Of a stretch of 64,000 bases of DNA, positions 53,650 through 63,319 are shown piece by piece (the stretch's first letter is position 1; each line of letters begins with the position of its first letter). This DNA is from Candidatus Korarchaeum sp. (GTDB taxonomy: Archaea > Korarchaeota > Korarchaeia > Korarchaeales > Korarchaeaceae): contig JAWAID010000002.1 of the NCBI GenBank assembly GCA_038888615.1, forward strand, positions 211,594-275,593. The letters run 5' to 3'. Position numbers and translations under genes: made by a program. Under the pieces are notes generated by a model that ran no database searches, was not told the DNA's origin, and worked only from the letters and a program-made list of their open reading frames with translations.

Positions 53650-54501
53650 CTACCTATGGATGAGGACGGCGTCCCCCTCATTGAGCCCCAGGTCCCGGGC
53701 GACGACGGGACACTTCACCATCAGCAGGTGGAATATCCCTTTCAGCTCACCCAGCACCTCATAATTCCCCTGGCCCTTAGATATCACCAAATCGTGTTCC
53801 TCTATCCACTTCAAGACCTCATCGGAACCCCTATCCGGCCCCGTCCCGGGCTCCCCGTTGCTGACAGTCCTCAACTCGACGTTGGTTAGCTCAGAGAAGC
53901 TCACGTAGTTGAAGTCCTCCGGAGTGGCATCATTTATCATAGGCCCCCCCTTAACTACGAAGGTCACCCTCAGGTTCCTGACGGAGAGCATGGTCTCAAC
54001 CAAGAGCTTATCGAAGACTATCTCACCAGCGTTATCCGAGAAGTAAAGCACCGAAGAGGAACTACGCAGCTTCCGTCTGAAGGGCTCATAGTGGTCTACC
54101 CTCAGCTCAGAGTTGATCAGCTTACTCAGAGTACCCCTCAGATCGTAGGAAGTGTAGGGGCCGAAGTCCATCACGTTCCCAGCTATCGATACCTTTATAG
54201 CTGTCTTAAGAGGATCCTCGCTCCTCCTTATGATCTCCTTGCATTCCTTATAGAGCTTTAGGGCCTCATCATTGCTCCTCCTCTTAACCTCAGCGTAGGG
54301 ATCGCGGCCCGCGTACTTCCTTATTATCGCCTGAACACGGTAATCGATCTCAGGAGGGCTTACATCCCAATCAGCCGATATCAGGTACCTCATGACCTCC
54401 CTCTGAGCTTCCTCTATGACTCTATCTTCCAAGGAGACCATCCTCAGGGCATTGACCGTCTGCCTGAGGAAGCAAGCTATACAATCCGGTTTCAACCTCA
54501 A
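53650..54501 (-). CDS. DUF89 / ARMT1-like damage-control phosphatase family protein
   Basis: N-terminal ...KPDCIACFLRQ... and C-terminal ...SKGQGNYE.L....... pattern typical of DUF89. Confidence 0.75.
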   Translation of the reverse strand: MRLKPDCIACFLRQTVNALRMVSLEDRVIEEAQREVMRYLISADWDVSPPEIDYRVQAIIRKYAGRDPYAEVKRRSNDEALKLYKECKEIIRRSEDPLKTAIKVSIAGNVMDFGPYTSYDLRGTLSKLINSELRVDHYEPFRRKLRSSSSVLYFSDNAGEIVFDKLLVETMLSVRNLRVTFVVKGGPMINDATPEDFNYVSFSELTNVELRTVSNGEPGTGPDRGSDEVLKWIEEHDLVISKGQGNYEVLGELKGIFHLLMVKCPVVARDLGLNEGDAVLIHR

Positions 54502-54909
54502 GGGGCTCCCTCACCCCCAGTTCCCGAGATATTTAAATTTCTCTCGATGAACATGGACCGCCGGACCGCCCCAGGGTACTGATGAAACTCCCAAATACTC
54601 ACCAGAAATTTCTCATTAAAGTAAATTAAAAATCCAAAAGTAGTGAAATTGCTAGCAAAACTATCGGTAACCTGGAATTAGGGAAAACTACACCACACCC
54701 CCTGTGTGAAATTTCCAAAAAATTCAGAATAAAATAATAATTTTTTTCAAATAGTTGTATTTATTTTTGTCATCTTTCCTAAACACGTTCATTAAATTTT
54801 TATTCCTAAGTGAGCTTATGATAAGATAATTATTTAATAGTACCGTATCTCTAATTAAAAAATTTACTATAAACTTAATAAAGAATAATGTCCACCGCCC
54901 CAGACCTTT

Positions 54910-56535
54910 ATGGGAGAGGAGATCCTACCTAGGGAAGTCTTCGCCAGAAGAGCGAGCGGTCTGGTCAGGGAGGCCAGCTTTTTAGATGCATTTGGGTTTG
55001 GATTCCTCAACCAAGGGCCCGCTATAGCTATATGGATGCTCCTAAGCTGGGGGGTCTTCCTGTTCCCATCCGGCGACATTCTCGGTTCTGTGCTCCTCAG
55101 CGTCCTCTTCACCCTGCCCGGTGTGGCGCTGGTCTGGGGTATTCTAGGAGCTTCCATGCCAAGAAGCGGTGGCAGTTACATATACAATACTAGAATAATA
55201 CACCCGGCAGTTGGAATGGCTGTCAGCATTGGTGACTACTTCATCTGGTGGCTCTGGATCGTCATCCTAGCCCCTTGGGTCGCTGATCCGGGCTTGACCA
55301 CTCTATTCGGCATGCTGGACATGACAGAGGCCGCTGAGTTCGTAAGGTCACCCGAGGGTATGTTCATAATAGCTACCACGGTAAACGTGTTAGGATACCT
55401 CTTCACGTTCTACGGGCTCAGGTGGTACCTAATACATCAGAAGACCGTGCTAACGCTCTCGCTCATATCCCTAGGCGTGGTGGCGTTGATCCTGGCGGTG
55501 CACACCCAAGAGGAGTTCGTGACGGCTTGGAATACCATGGCAGCTCGATACGGATCCCTAGATTATCAGGGGATGATAGAAGCAGCTAGAAGCGCTGCCC
55601 CCGAGGTCTTCAATCCAGTTATGCCTCTGCTCTTCGGAACCCTGGGTCTGATGGTTGTGAACTCGTGGTGGGCTCACTACGGCTGGGCAGTCAATATGAT
55701 AGCAGGGGAGGTGAAGAGACCCCAGAGGAACATAATGGCGGCTCAGTATGGAGCAATAATAATTCCGGCGATACTAGCCACCTTATTCTCCGTGATATAC
55801 ACCAGGATATTGGATCCCGATTTCATGAAGGCTCTAGCCGTAGCTGATAACGCTGGGCTTGATGGCTACAACATGCCCTTTCCAGCTAATTACGTGGGGA
55901 TCACCAGAATCTTCATAGATACCAGCAGTACCTTCGGTGCTCTGATAGCCGCCTTCGCGGCCCTCAGCCTGATCCTATGCGATTACATCTGGATTCCCAT
56001 GTCATACGTGGCTGGGAGCAGGATAGTCGTGGCCTGGGGTATGGACAGGATGGGACCGAAGTGGTTCTCCGAGGTGCACCCGAAGTGGGCCTCGCCCGTC
56101 AAGAACCTCACCTTCATGTTCCTCACGAGCGAGATAGGGATAGCCCTCTACTCCCTCTTCCCGGAGTGGTTCGCCGGTTTAGCAGTCACTGCGACGGAAT
56201 GCGTCTCGATATGGGGGGTGACAGCGATAGCAGCTGCGATATTCCCGTTCAGGAAGAGCGTTAGGTCGATATGGGAGACCTCACCCTACAAGAACTGGAG
56301 GCTGGGCCCCATACCGCTGGTCACGGTAGGTGGGGTGATAGACCTGGTATACATAGGTATATTGCTTTACTTCTTCTACACGAACCCGGGGCTTGAGGGG
56401 GTTACTGAGCTGGCGATAGCTTGGTTCACCGGCCTCTGGGTATTCGGGGTTCTCTGGTACTACTACTGGAGGAGGAAGTGGAAGAGGGAAGGCATAGATA
56501 TAGACCTGGCTTGGAAGGTGCTACCTCCTGAGTGA
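54910..56535 (+). CDS. APC-superfamily amino-acid/polyamine permease
   Basis: 541 aa with 12-14 TM segments and an APC-like N-terminal ...G.....MPRSGG.Y.Y... motif. Confidence 0.8.
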   Translation: MGEEILPREVFARRASGLVREASFLDAFGFGFLNQGPAIAIWMLLSWGVFLFPSGDILGSVLLSVLFTLPGVALVWGILGASMPRSGGSYIYNTRIIHPAVGMAVSIGDYFIWWLWIVILAPWVADPGLTTLFGMLDMTEAAEFVRSPEGMFIIATTVNVLGYLFTFYGLRWYLIHQKTVLTLSLISLGVVALILAVHTQEEFVTAWNTMAARYGSLDYQGMIEAARSAAPEVFNPVMPLLFGTLGLMVVNSWWAHYGWAVNMIAGEVKRPQRNIMAAQYGAIIIPAILATLFSVIYTRILDPDFMKALAVADNAGLDGYNMPFPANYVGITRIFIDTSSTFGALIAAFAALSLILCDYIWIPMSYVAGSRIVVAWGMDRMGPKWFSEVHPKWASPVKNLTFMFLTSEIGIALYSLFPEWFAGLAVTATECVSIWGVTAIAAAIFPFRKSVRSIWETSPYKNWRLGPIPLVTVGGVIDLVYIGILLYFFYTNPGLEGVTELAIAWFTGLWVFGVLWYYYWRRKWKREGIDIDLAWKVLPPE

Positions 56536-56575
56536 ACCTCGAAGCTCCCTTCTTTTTAGAAAAGGGTTCTGAGCT

Positions 56576-56599
56576 AAGTATGGATACGTATCCATACTT
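56576..56599. repeat. Perfect 24-nt palindrome
   Basis: AAGTATGGATAC|GTATCCATACTT, about 40 nt downstream of the permease stop and just after a T5 run (56553-56557). Confidence 0.9.
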
Positions 56600-56832
56600 G
56601 GCCCTCGTTCCCCTCGGGGTTCATCGGGTCACCAAGCTTTGCCCCTTCCGGTGGGCCCATGACTCCCCACATCCTAAGGCTCCCAGTTCCCGCCCCTGCC
56701 TGTCAGCACCTGCGACAGCTGAACGCTCCTCTTGGGTCATGGTATACCCGCATCCGGAGCTTCGCGCTTAGATATCGATACCTACTAAAATGAACATATC
56801 TATTTCGAAACTGTTGAAGAGAAAGGAGCAGA

Positions 56833-58116
56833 TCATACCCTTTTGACTATCAATACGTTATCCTTCCTGCCCACCACCTCCACGGAATCCCCTCTCCTTA
56901 TCTCCTCCTCCGAGGTCGCTTTCCAGAGCTCACCCGATACCCTCACGTAACCGGTTCCCCCGGGAGGGATGTCGTCCACGGCGACTCCCCTGCCGGTGGG
57001 GATCCAACTGATGGGTCCCCTCCTCAGTATGGAAGCTATTGCCTTGACGAAAACGAGCGATATTATCAGGCCGACACCACCGACCGAGATAACCAACCTG
57101 AGCAGGGTATCGATCATCCAACTCGAGGGGACTAGGGTCGGTCTCCAGGGGCTCCCTACCATGAGGAGTATAGCCAGTATGAGCAAACCCGTCGATGAGA
57201 GGGCCCCCAGTCCATGGAGCCCCTTCTTGATCTCGGCTATGAAGAGGGAAGCAGCTATAGCCAGCAGTATCAAGCTCACTAGGTCCACGCTCACGCCCAT
57301 CCCTATCACGGCCAGCAGTATGAGCACTATACCAGCTAGCTCAGCCCCCCATCCCGGTGATGAGATGCCCACTATGAGCATCATGAACCCTATACTGAAG
57401 AGTATGCTTGAGAGGAGCGGATCAGATAGGTACTTCATTATCTCAATCCTGGGGTTCGTCTGAAGGTACTCTACCGAAGCCGGGTAAACCTCGAGCTTGA
57501 GGGTGAGGTCCCCCCTCCTGACCACCTTACCGTTAGCTCTCCGGAGCAGTGAGTCTAAGGAAGGTTCAACGGATTCTACCAGACCCACCTTCAAAGCTTC
57601 CTCAGCCATCAGGTTGACGTTAGATCTGACGAGGAGTTCCGCCGCTGTCTCATTTCTTCCATGCATAGCAGCGTAGCTCCTCATCTTAGCTGAGTAAGCG
57701 TTCAGGTACTTGGACTCGTTGAGCGGGGTATAGCCCACCACGGGCTGGGCGGAGCCTATGGTTGAGTAAGGCGACATAACAGCGTAATCAGTGGCCAGCA
57801 GTATGTAGGTCCCAGCTGAGAGGGCTTGACCCCCCTGCGGGTAGACGTAGCCTATGACGGGGACCTTGGACGATAACAGCACCTCTACTATACTGAAGGT
57901 AGCATCGGCTTGACCTCCGAACGTGTTTATCTGGAGGACCAAAGCGCTGTAACCGCTCTCAGCGGTAGCCACAGCTAGCTTGATCTGCTCCACGGTAGCT
58001 GGGGATATATAGCCCGTCAAGTTGGTGACCAGGACCCTGTTTCCAGCGTCAGCCGTTAGCGCTGGGATCATCAAAGCGAAAAATAGTAGGGGGATGAGCA
58101 GTCTGGCTACCCTCAT
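56833..58116 (-). CDS. NfeD-family membrane-bound ClpP-class serine protease (stomatin-specific protease type)
   Basis: N-terminal signal/TM, ClpP-like ...GGQALSAGTYILL..., central multi-TM region and a C-terminal OB-like NfeD domain. 4-nt overlap with the stomatin gene. Confidence 0.85.
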   Translation of the reverse strand: MRVARLLIPLLFFALMIPALTADAGNRVLVTNLTGYISPATVEQIKLAVATAESGYSALVLQINTFGGQADATFSIVEVLLSSKVPVIGYVYPQGGQALSAGTYILLATDYAVMSPYSTIGSAQPVVGYTPLNESKYLNAYSAKMRSYAAMHGRNETAAELLVRSNVNLMAEEALKVGLVESVEPSLDSLLRRANGKVVRRGDLTLKLEVYPASVEYLQTNPRIEIMKYLSDPLLSSILFSIGFMMLIVGISSPGWGAELAGIVLILLAVIGMGVSVDLVSLILLAIAASLFIAEIKKGLHGLGALSSTGLLILAILLMVGSPWRPTLVPSSWMIDTLLRLVISVGGVGLIISLVFVKAIASILRRGPISWIPTGRGVAVDDIPPGGTGYVRVSGELWKATSEEEIRRGDSVEVVGRKDNVLIVKRV

Positions 58117-58910
58117 CTCCCCTCCTCCTTCTTGGAAGCAGCTACTGCGTAAGCTAGTGGAGCTAAAGCCCCTCCCTCGGTTATTATGACCATGTTCTTC
58201 TCCCTAGCTATCTCAACCCATGTCTGAAGTTCCCTGAGCCTCATCGCACTCGGGTTCTTAGCGTAGAACTCAGCAGCCTCAGCCATCTTCTGAGCTGCCA
58301 TGAGCTCACCTTCCGCCATTATAACCCTGGCTCTCCTCTCCCTCTCCGCTTCAGCTTGCTTCGCTATAGCCCTCAGCATCTCCTCAGGGAGTACCACATC
58401 CCTTATAGCCACCTGAGTCACCTTTATCCCCCAGCCCTCCGTTATCTCATCAACTATGGTCTGAATCCTCTTACCTAACTCGTCTCTCCTCGTTAAGAGC
58501 TCGTCCAGCTCAACCTGACCGACTACGTCCCTCAACGTGGTCTGGGCGATGAAGTTCGAAGCAGTTATGTAATCCTGGACCTTGACTACGGCATCTATCG
58601 GGTTGATCACCCTGTAGTACACCACGGCATCGACATCGACGGTGACGTTATCCCTGGTTATTATCCTCTGCCTTGGTATATCGAAGCTGAGCAACCTGAG
58701 ATCGACTATCCTGGGCCTGTCCACGAATGGAATCAGGAATATCAATCCGGGGCCTTTAGCTCCAAGGAGCCTACCCAACCTGAAGATAACCGCCCTCTCA
58801 TACTCCCTAACTACCCTCAGAGCAGCTCTGAGGAAAGATATTATTATCCAAGCTACTATTAACGCTATTATTATGTTTATGAAGGTAGCTATGATGATTT
58901 CCTCCTGCAT
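58113..58910 (-). CDS. SPFH/band-7 stomatin-like protein
   Basis: N-terminal TM, then ...VREYERAVIFRLGR....GPGL.FLIPF.D... and a C-terminal coiled coil AEAERERRA. ATG 58910. Confidence 0.92.
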   Translation of the reverse strand: MQEEIIIATFINIIIALIVAWIIISFLRAALRVVREYERAVIFRLGRLLGAKGPGLIFLIPFVDRPRIVDLRLLSFDIPRQRIITRDNVTVDVDAVVYYRVINPIDAVVKVQDYITASNFIAQTTLRDVVGQVELDELLTRRDELGKRIQTIVDEITEGWGIKVTQVAIRDVVLPEEMLRAIAKQAEAERERRARVIMAEGELMAAQKMAEAAEFYAKNPSAMRLRELQTWVEIAREKNMVIITEGGALAPLAYAVAASKKEEGR

Positions 58911-59076
58911 CAACACACCTCTCTATCCCATGTGATGTACCTCTAAATTTAATTGTTCCGTATCGGACATCGATGGTCGATGCGAGACCCTAAGTCCCCC
59001 CACTACGGTTCACCGCATCTTGAATTTCAATCAGTAAAAAATTTGTAAATCTGTTAGTAGGCTGAATATACTTGAT

Positions 59077-60498
59077 ATGAATAGGAAGCTTTTTAAAGAA
59101 CTGCCCATTCAATTGCATATGTCTCACATGCGCCTGGATAAGGTCCCGGCTTCCGAGCTGGAGCTGTTCAAGAGAAGGACTCCTAACTCATCCAGGATAT
59201 TCGATGAGGTTCAAGGCCTAGTGCCTTTCGGTGTTAACTCCAACTACAGGTACGCTGATCCCTACCCCATCTACATGAGGAGGGCAAAGGGGAGCAGGAT
59301 GTGGGACGTTGATGGCAACGAGTACATAGACTTCAACATGGCATTCGGTGCCTTAGGCATAGGGCACAGCCACCCCAGGCTGGTGGAGGCGATAAGGGAG
59401 AAGATCGAGGAGGGCACGATATTCGGCTTCGAGTTCGATGAGATGCTTGAGCTCGCGAAGATAATAAGGTCTAGGTTCAACGTGGACATGATGAAGTTCT
59501 CATCAACGGGGCTGGAAGCCACATTCCACGCCCTCAGGATAGCTAGGGCATTCACGGGAAGGAAGAAGGTCCTTAAGTTCGAGGGATGCTACCATGGAAG
59601 TCACGATTACCTGCTTGTGAGCGTTAAGCCATCGAAGTACAAGGCTGGGCATCCTGTAACTCCTAATTCCGTGCCAGGCTCCCAAGGTGTGCTTGAAGAG
59701 GTGGTCAAGAACACCCTGGTGGCTCAGTTCAACAGCCTCGAGAGCGTCGAGAAGGTGATGAGGGTTCACGGTAACGAGGTCGCCGCGATAATACTCGAGC
59801 CCATACCGATGAACATGGGCTTCGTGCTGCCGAAGCCGGGATTCTTGGAGGGACTGAGGAGCATATGCGATGAGTACAACTGCTTACTGATATTCGATGA
59901 GATAAAGACGGGTGGTAAGTTCTACTCCGGAGCCGCGGGTCACTTCAAGGTCAAGCCCGACCTGATGACCTTGGGCAAGGCGATAGCAGGGGGCTTCCCT
60001 CTTTCAGTGGTGGCTGGAAGGAGGGAGGTCATGCAGAGCATAGTTCCAGGGGTTGTGGCTCACGCTGGCACCTTCAACGCTAATCCTGTAGCTATAAGGG
60101 CCGGACTTGTGACCCTGAGGGACATACTCACTGAGAGCGAGTTGGCTAAGGCCAGCAGGTTGGGAGAGGAGCTGGCTAAGGGTTACTTGGACGTGATAAG
60201 GGACGAGGGCATAGAGGCCACCGTCCAGTACCTCGGAGTGAGCGGCTCCATGGTCTTCGCTAAGGACGAGGTGGTGGATTGGAGGAGCTTCCAGAAGGTG
60301 GACGTGGGCAAGTGGTGGCTCTTCATGATAGCGATGATGAACAGAGGGGTGATACCGAACTACGGCCCTGACGAGCAGTGGACCGTATCGACGCAGCACA
60401 CGAGGGAGGATGTTGAGGTAGCTATCGAGAGGTTCAAGGAGGTAGCTAAGATAATAAAGAAGGTCGAGCTCGAGTTACCACTAGTGGAAGCTGTCTGA
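59077..60498 (+). CDS. Class III PLP aminotransferase (glutamate-1-semialdehyde 2,1-aminomutase-like)
   Basis: ...FDEIKTG.. and ...LGKAIAGGFPLS.. (PLP lysine context). N-terminus uncertain (ATG 59077/59122/59131). Confidence 0.8.
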   Translation: MNRKLFKELPIQLHMSHMRLDKVPASELELFKRRTPNSSRIFDEVQGLVPFGVNSNYRYADPYPIYMRRAKGSRMWDVDGNEYIDFNMAFGALGIGHSHPRLVEAIREKIEEGTIFGFEFDEMLELAKIIRSRFNVDMMKFSSTGLEATFHALRIARAFTGRKKVLKFEGCYHGSHDYLLVSVKPSKYKAGHPVTPNSVPGSQGVLEEVVKNTLVAQFNSLESVEKVMRVHGNEVAAIILEPIPMNMGFVLPKPGFLEGLRSICDEYNCLLIFDEIKTGGKFYSGAAGHFKVKPDLMTLGKAIAGGFPLSVVAGRREVMQSIVPGVVAHAGTFNANPVAIRAGLVTLRDILTESELAKASRLGEELAKGYLDVIRDEGIEATVQYLGVSGSMVFAKDEVVDWRSFQKVDVGKWWLFMIAMMNRGVIPNYGPDEQWTVSTQHTREDVEVAIERFKEVAKIIKKVELELPLVEAV

Positions 60499-60504
60499 TT
60501 TTTT
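60499..60504 (+). terminator. Oligo-T tract directly after the stop codon
   Basis: TGA followed by TTTTTT. Archaeal terminators are oligo-T tracts. Confidence 0.45.
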
Positions 60505-61276
60505 AAGTGGGGGGAGGCTCCCTTCGGGCCTCTCCCCTCGTGAATCTGGGCTCCCCGGGCCACACGGGCACCTCAGCCCTCCTCTCACCCTCCGGTGTCG
60601 TGAGCACCATGTTAACCCTGGAACCGAAGGAGAGGTCCTCGCTGAGGAAGCTGAAGGTGTATGGGAAGAAGAAGGTGACATCCTGGACCGTAGTCGGGTC
60701 ATGGGGCAGCGTGGCCTCAGCTAAGAGTCTCCCTCCCTCGCTCCTCAATGTCCCATCCGAGAGATGGTACCTCACCTCCCTCCTCTCTCCCCTGTAAGAG
60801 AGCCACTCCTCGGCCTCAAGCTCGACCAGGGCTTTGCCCACTTCTACGGGTCTCTTTAGGAGAGCCCTAACCACCTCATCGGATCTGTAGTAGTCCTTAT
60901 CGAACTCCACCCAGGGTTCCTCTTTCCGAGTGGGCCTCTCAGGGAAGACCTTGAGCCTCACCTCTCTCCTGGGGTAGAAGAACCTCCCTCCCATCCTGGG
61001 CTTTCCGAAGAGGAGGCTCCACCTCACCCTGTTAGCCCTCCCGCTCACCGAGGGGGGCAGGCCCTTGGGGTAAGTTATCTCGAAGTGACCGGGCCTCAGG
61101 AAATAATGCTCGCTGTAGATCGTGAAGGTCTTGGCTACGGACCCAGCACCGGGGAAGAGGAGGGAGGAAAGTATGACGAAAAGTCTAGCGTTTATTGGGG
61201 ATTCCCCCCTAATCTCGCCCCTTATCGGTTCACCTAGCTTCAGGACGCTCCTCTCCAGGAGTATCGAGAGGCTCAT
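60503..61276 (-). CDS. Arrestin/Spo0M-like beta-sandwich protein (hypothetical)
   Basis: LSILLERSVLKLGEPIRGEIRG... and ...FEITYPKGLPPSVSGRANRVRWSL... resemble arrestin-N/Spo0M signatures. ATG 61276 forms an ATGA overlap with the upstream stop. Confidence 0.5.
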   Translation of the reverse strand: MSLSILLERSVLKLGEPIRGEIRGESPINARLFVILSSLLFPGAGSVAKTFTIYSEHYFLRPGHFEITYPKGLPPSVSGRANRVRWSLLFGKPRMGGRFFYPRREVRLKVFPERPTRKEEPWVEFDKDYYRSDEVVRALLKRPVEVGKALVELEAEEWLSYRGERREVRYHLSDGTLRSEGGRLLAEATLPHDPTTVQDVTFFFPYTFSFLSEDLSFGSRVNMVLTTPEGERRAEVPVWPGEPRFTRGEARREPPPT

Positions 61277-61902
61277 CGGACCTCGACCTCCGCCAGGTAG
61301 TAATCCCTCAACCAACCCGGCCTCTTCACCACCCTTATAGAAGCGTAATCGTCCTTGAACAGGTGCAACCTCATCTTCCTCGGGCTCACCCCCGACTCCC
61401 GCATCCTCTCGCGTAAGGAGTTTATAAGCTCTTGCGCTAATTCTTTTAGGAAATCATCCTTACCCCGTTGGTTCTTCATCTCACGCTCGTAGAACTCGAA
61501 TATCCTGATCAGGGCGTACCACCTGATCACGAGCGAGGCAAGCAGTATCGAACTCGAGGTCCAAAGGAGGAGCTCCGCAAACGGTGACCTGTAGAACAGG
61601 AGACCTATTGAGAGTAAAAAACCAAGGAGGGAAACTCTCAATAGGAATCTAACGATCATGTAAATTGAGGACCATAACCTGGCCTCCCTGCTCCTCATAG
61701 GTAGGTTTACGATGAAGTCCACAGTCTTCCTGTACTTCTTCTTAGTGCTAGCATCCAGTAGACTGGCTAAGGAGGGGGATAGCTCCTCCATGGCCCTCTC
61801 CACCTTCCTGAAGTCGACGTTCCTACCGACGCGGTACGAGTCAGTAGCTTCGATGAGGAACGCTATCTTCTCAAGCAGTGACCTCTCATCCCTTCTGACC
61901 AT
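61273..61902 (-). CDS. Hypothetical membrane protein (2-3 central TM segments)
   Basis: Central hydrophobic block ...IYMIVRFLLRVSLLGFLLSIGLLFY....LLLWTSSSILLASLVI... flanked by charged soluble regions. Translationally coupled to the arrestin-like gene. Confidence 0.55.
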   Translation of the reverse strand: MVRRDERSLLEKIAFLIEATDSYRVGRNVDFRKVERAMEELSPSLASLLDASTKKKYRKTVDFIVNLPMRSREARLWSSIYMIVRFLLRVSLLGFLLSIGLLFYRSPFAELLLWTSSSILLASLVIRWYALIRIFEFYEREMKNQRGKDDFLKELAQELINSLRERMRESGVSPRKMRLHLFKDDYASIRVVKRPGWLRDYYLAEVEVR

Positions 61903-62357
61903 AAGCGTACCCAAAGTCTTTTGAAAATGTTTTTTAAAAGAATTCGGCTCCTCTATGCCGATTGCAACGATACTGTGAGGTGATTTTTAATGTGGAGAAT
62001 TAGGTTTAGGGGAAAATCGAACCATGGATTGGCCGAGAACTGGCACGAAGCAGGAGTAGAGGACCGCCCCATCGACGAGAGGGCTCGATGAGTCCCCAGG
62101 ATCAATTATCGGTGAATATGTCCAAAGATAGAATATATATGTACTGTGCAGATATCTAGAAAATTAATTTACTATTATACCCATATTCATATAAAAAATT
62201 ATTTTAATATCGTGACTAAGATTTATGATATTAATAGCACCGTGACCCCCTCCCTATTCCTTAAATTATTTTTCTTTATCTTCGTTCTTGGAAATATTTC
62301 CTTACCTAAGGGGTAAAGCTTATTAGCTAGCGGATCGCCCCCTGTTCCGGTGTCGCA

Positions 62358-63317
62358 ATGACGTTGCGTATGTTCTTCGCAGCCGACACTCACGGGAATA
62401 CCGTGGTCTGGAGGAAGTGGTTGAACGCCGTCAATGTGTACAGAGCCAACGTGATAATATTAGCGGGGGACCTCACGGGTAAGGCCATAGTCCCGATATT
62501 CGATAAGGGGGACCACTACGAAGCCGAGATAGTTGGGAAGAAGTACGTCGCTAAGAATAAAGAGGAGTTGAAGGAGCTCATGGATAGGATAGAGAGCTTC
62601 TCCTATTACTACACTGTACTCACTCCTCAGGAGGTTCAGGAGATAGCAGCTGATCCTAAGAAGCAGGAGGAACTCTTCAAGAAGTTGATGATGGAGAGGA
62701 TGGCTAAGTGGCTCGACTTACTCATCGAAAAGGTAGACGTGAGGAGCGTGACCTCCATAGTCATGCCGGGCAATGACGATGAGCAGTACATAGATGAGAC
62801 GATAAGGAGCTATGAGGACAGGGGGGTGATATACCCACTGGATAAGACCGTGGAGCTGAGCTACGGTTATCAATTGGTAAGCCACGAGTACGTCAATCCC
62901 ACTCCCTGGAACACTCCTAGGGAAGCTCCTGAGGATAGGCTCGAGAAGATGCTCAGGGAGAAGATAGAGAAGTCAGGTATCAAGGACTTCTCCAAAGCCC
63001 TTTTCAACTTCCACTGCCCCCCAGTGGACACGAAACTCGACCTAGCGCCTAAGCTAGATAAGAACCTGAAGCCCGTCTACGTAGGCGGTAAGCCCGTCTT
63101 AGTACATGTGGGCTCTAAGGCAGTGAGGAAGGTGATAGAGCAGTATCAACCGTTGATGGGATTACACGGTCACATTCATGAGAGTTACGCCAGTGATAAA
63201 GTGGGAAAGACTATCGTGATCAACCCTGGCAGCGAGTACAGCGAGGGCATCCTTAGGGGCTTCGTCATAGAGCTAGAGCCCGATGGTCTCAAGAATTACT
63301 GGAAGATAGAGGGCTGA
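62358..63317 (+). CDS. Calcineurin-like metallophosphoesterase
   Basis: Motifs in order: AADTHGN (DxH), LAGDLTG (GD), MPGNDDE (GNH/D-E), GLHGHIHES (GHxH). Confidence 0.8.
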   Translation: MTLRMFFAADTHGNTVVWRKWLNAVNVYRANVIILAGDLTGKAIVPIFDKGDHYEAEIVGKKYVAKNKEELKELMDRIESFSYYYTVLTPQEVQEIAADPKKQEELFKKLMMERMAKWLDLLIEKVDVRSVTSIVMPGNDDEQYIDETIRSYEDRGVIYPLDKTVELSYGYQLVSHEYVNPTPWNTPREAPEDRLEKMLREKIEKSGIKDFSKALFNFHCPPVDTKLDLAPKLDKNLKPVYVGGKPVLVHVGSKAVRKVIEQYQPLMGLHGHIHESYASDKVGKTIVINPGSEYSEGILRGFVIELEPDGLKNYWKIEG

Positions 63318-63319
63318 GT

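Noticed and set aside
56532-56771. 79-aa ORF downstream of the APC permease, and an SRP-RNA-like CCGGAAGG motif on the opposite strand.
   Set aside because: The ORF starts at a GTG overlapping the permease stop and has odd composition. The putative SRP helix-8 lacks the conserved AGCA loop and complementary pairing. The available length (about 230 nt) and the lack of pairing 5'/3' ends do not fit an archaeal 7S RNA.
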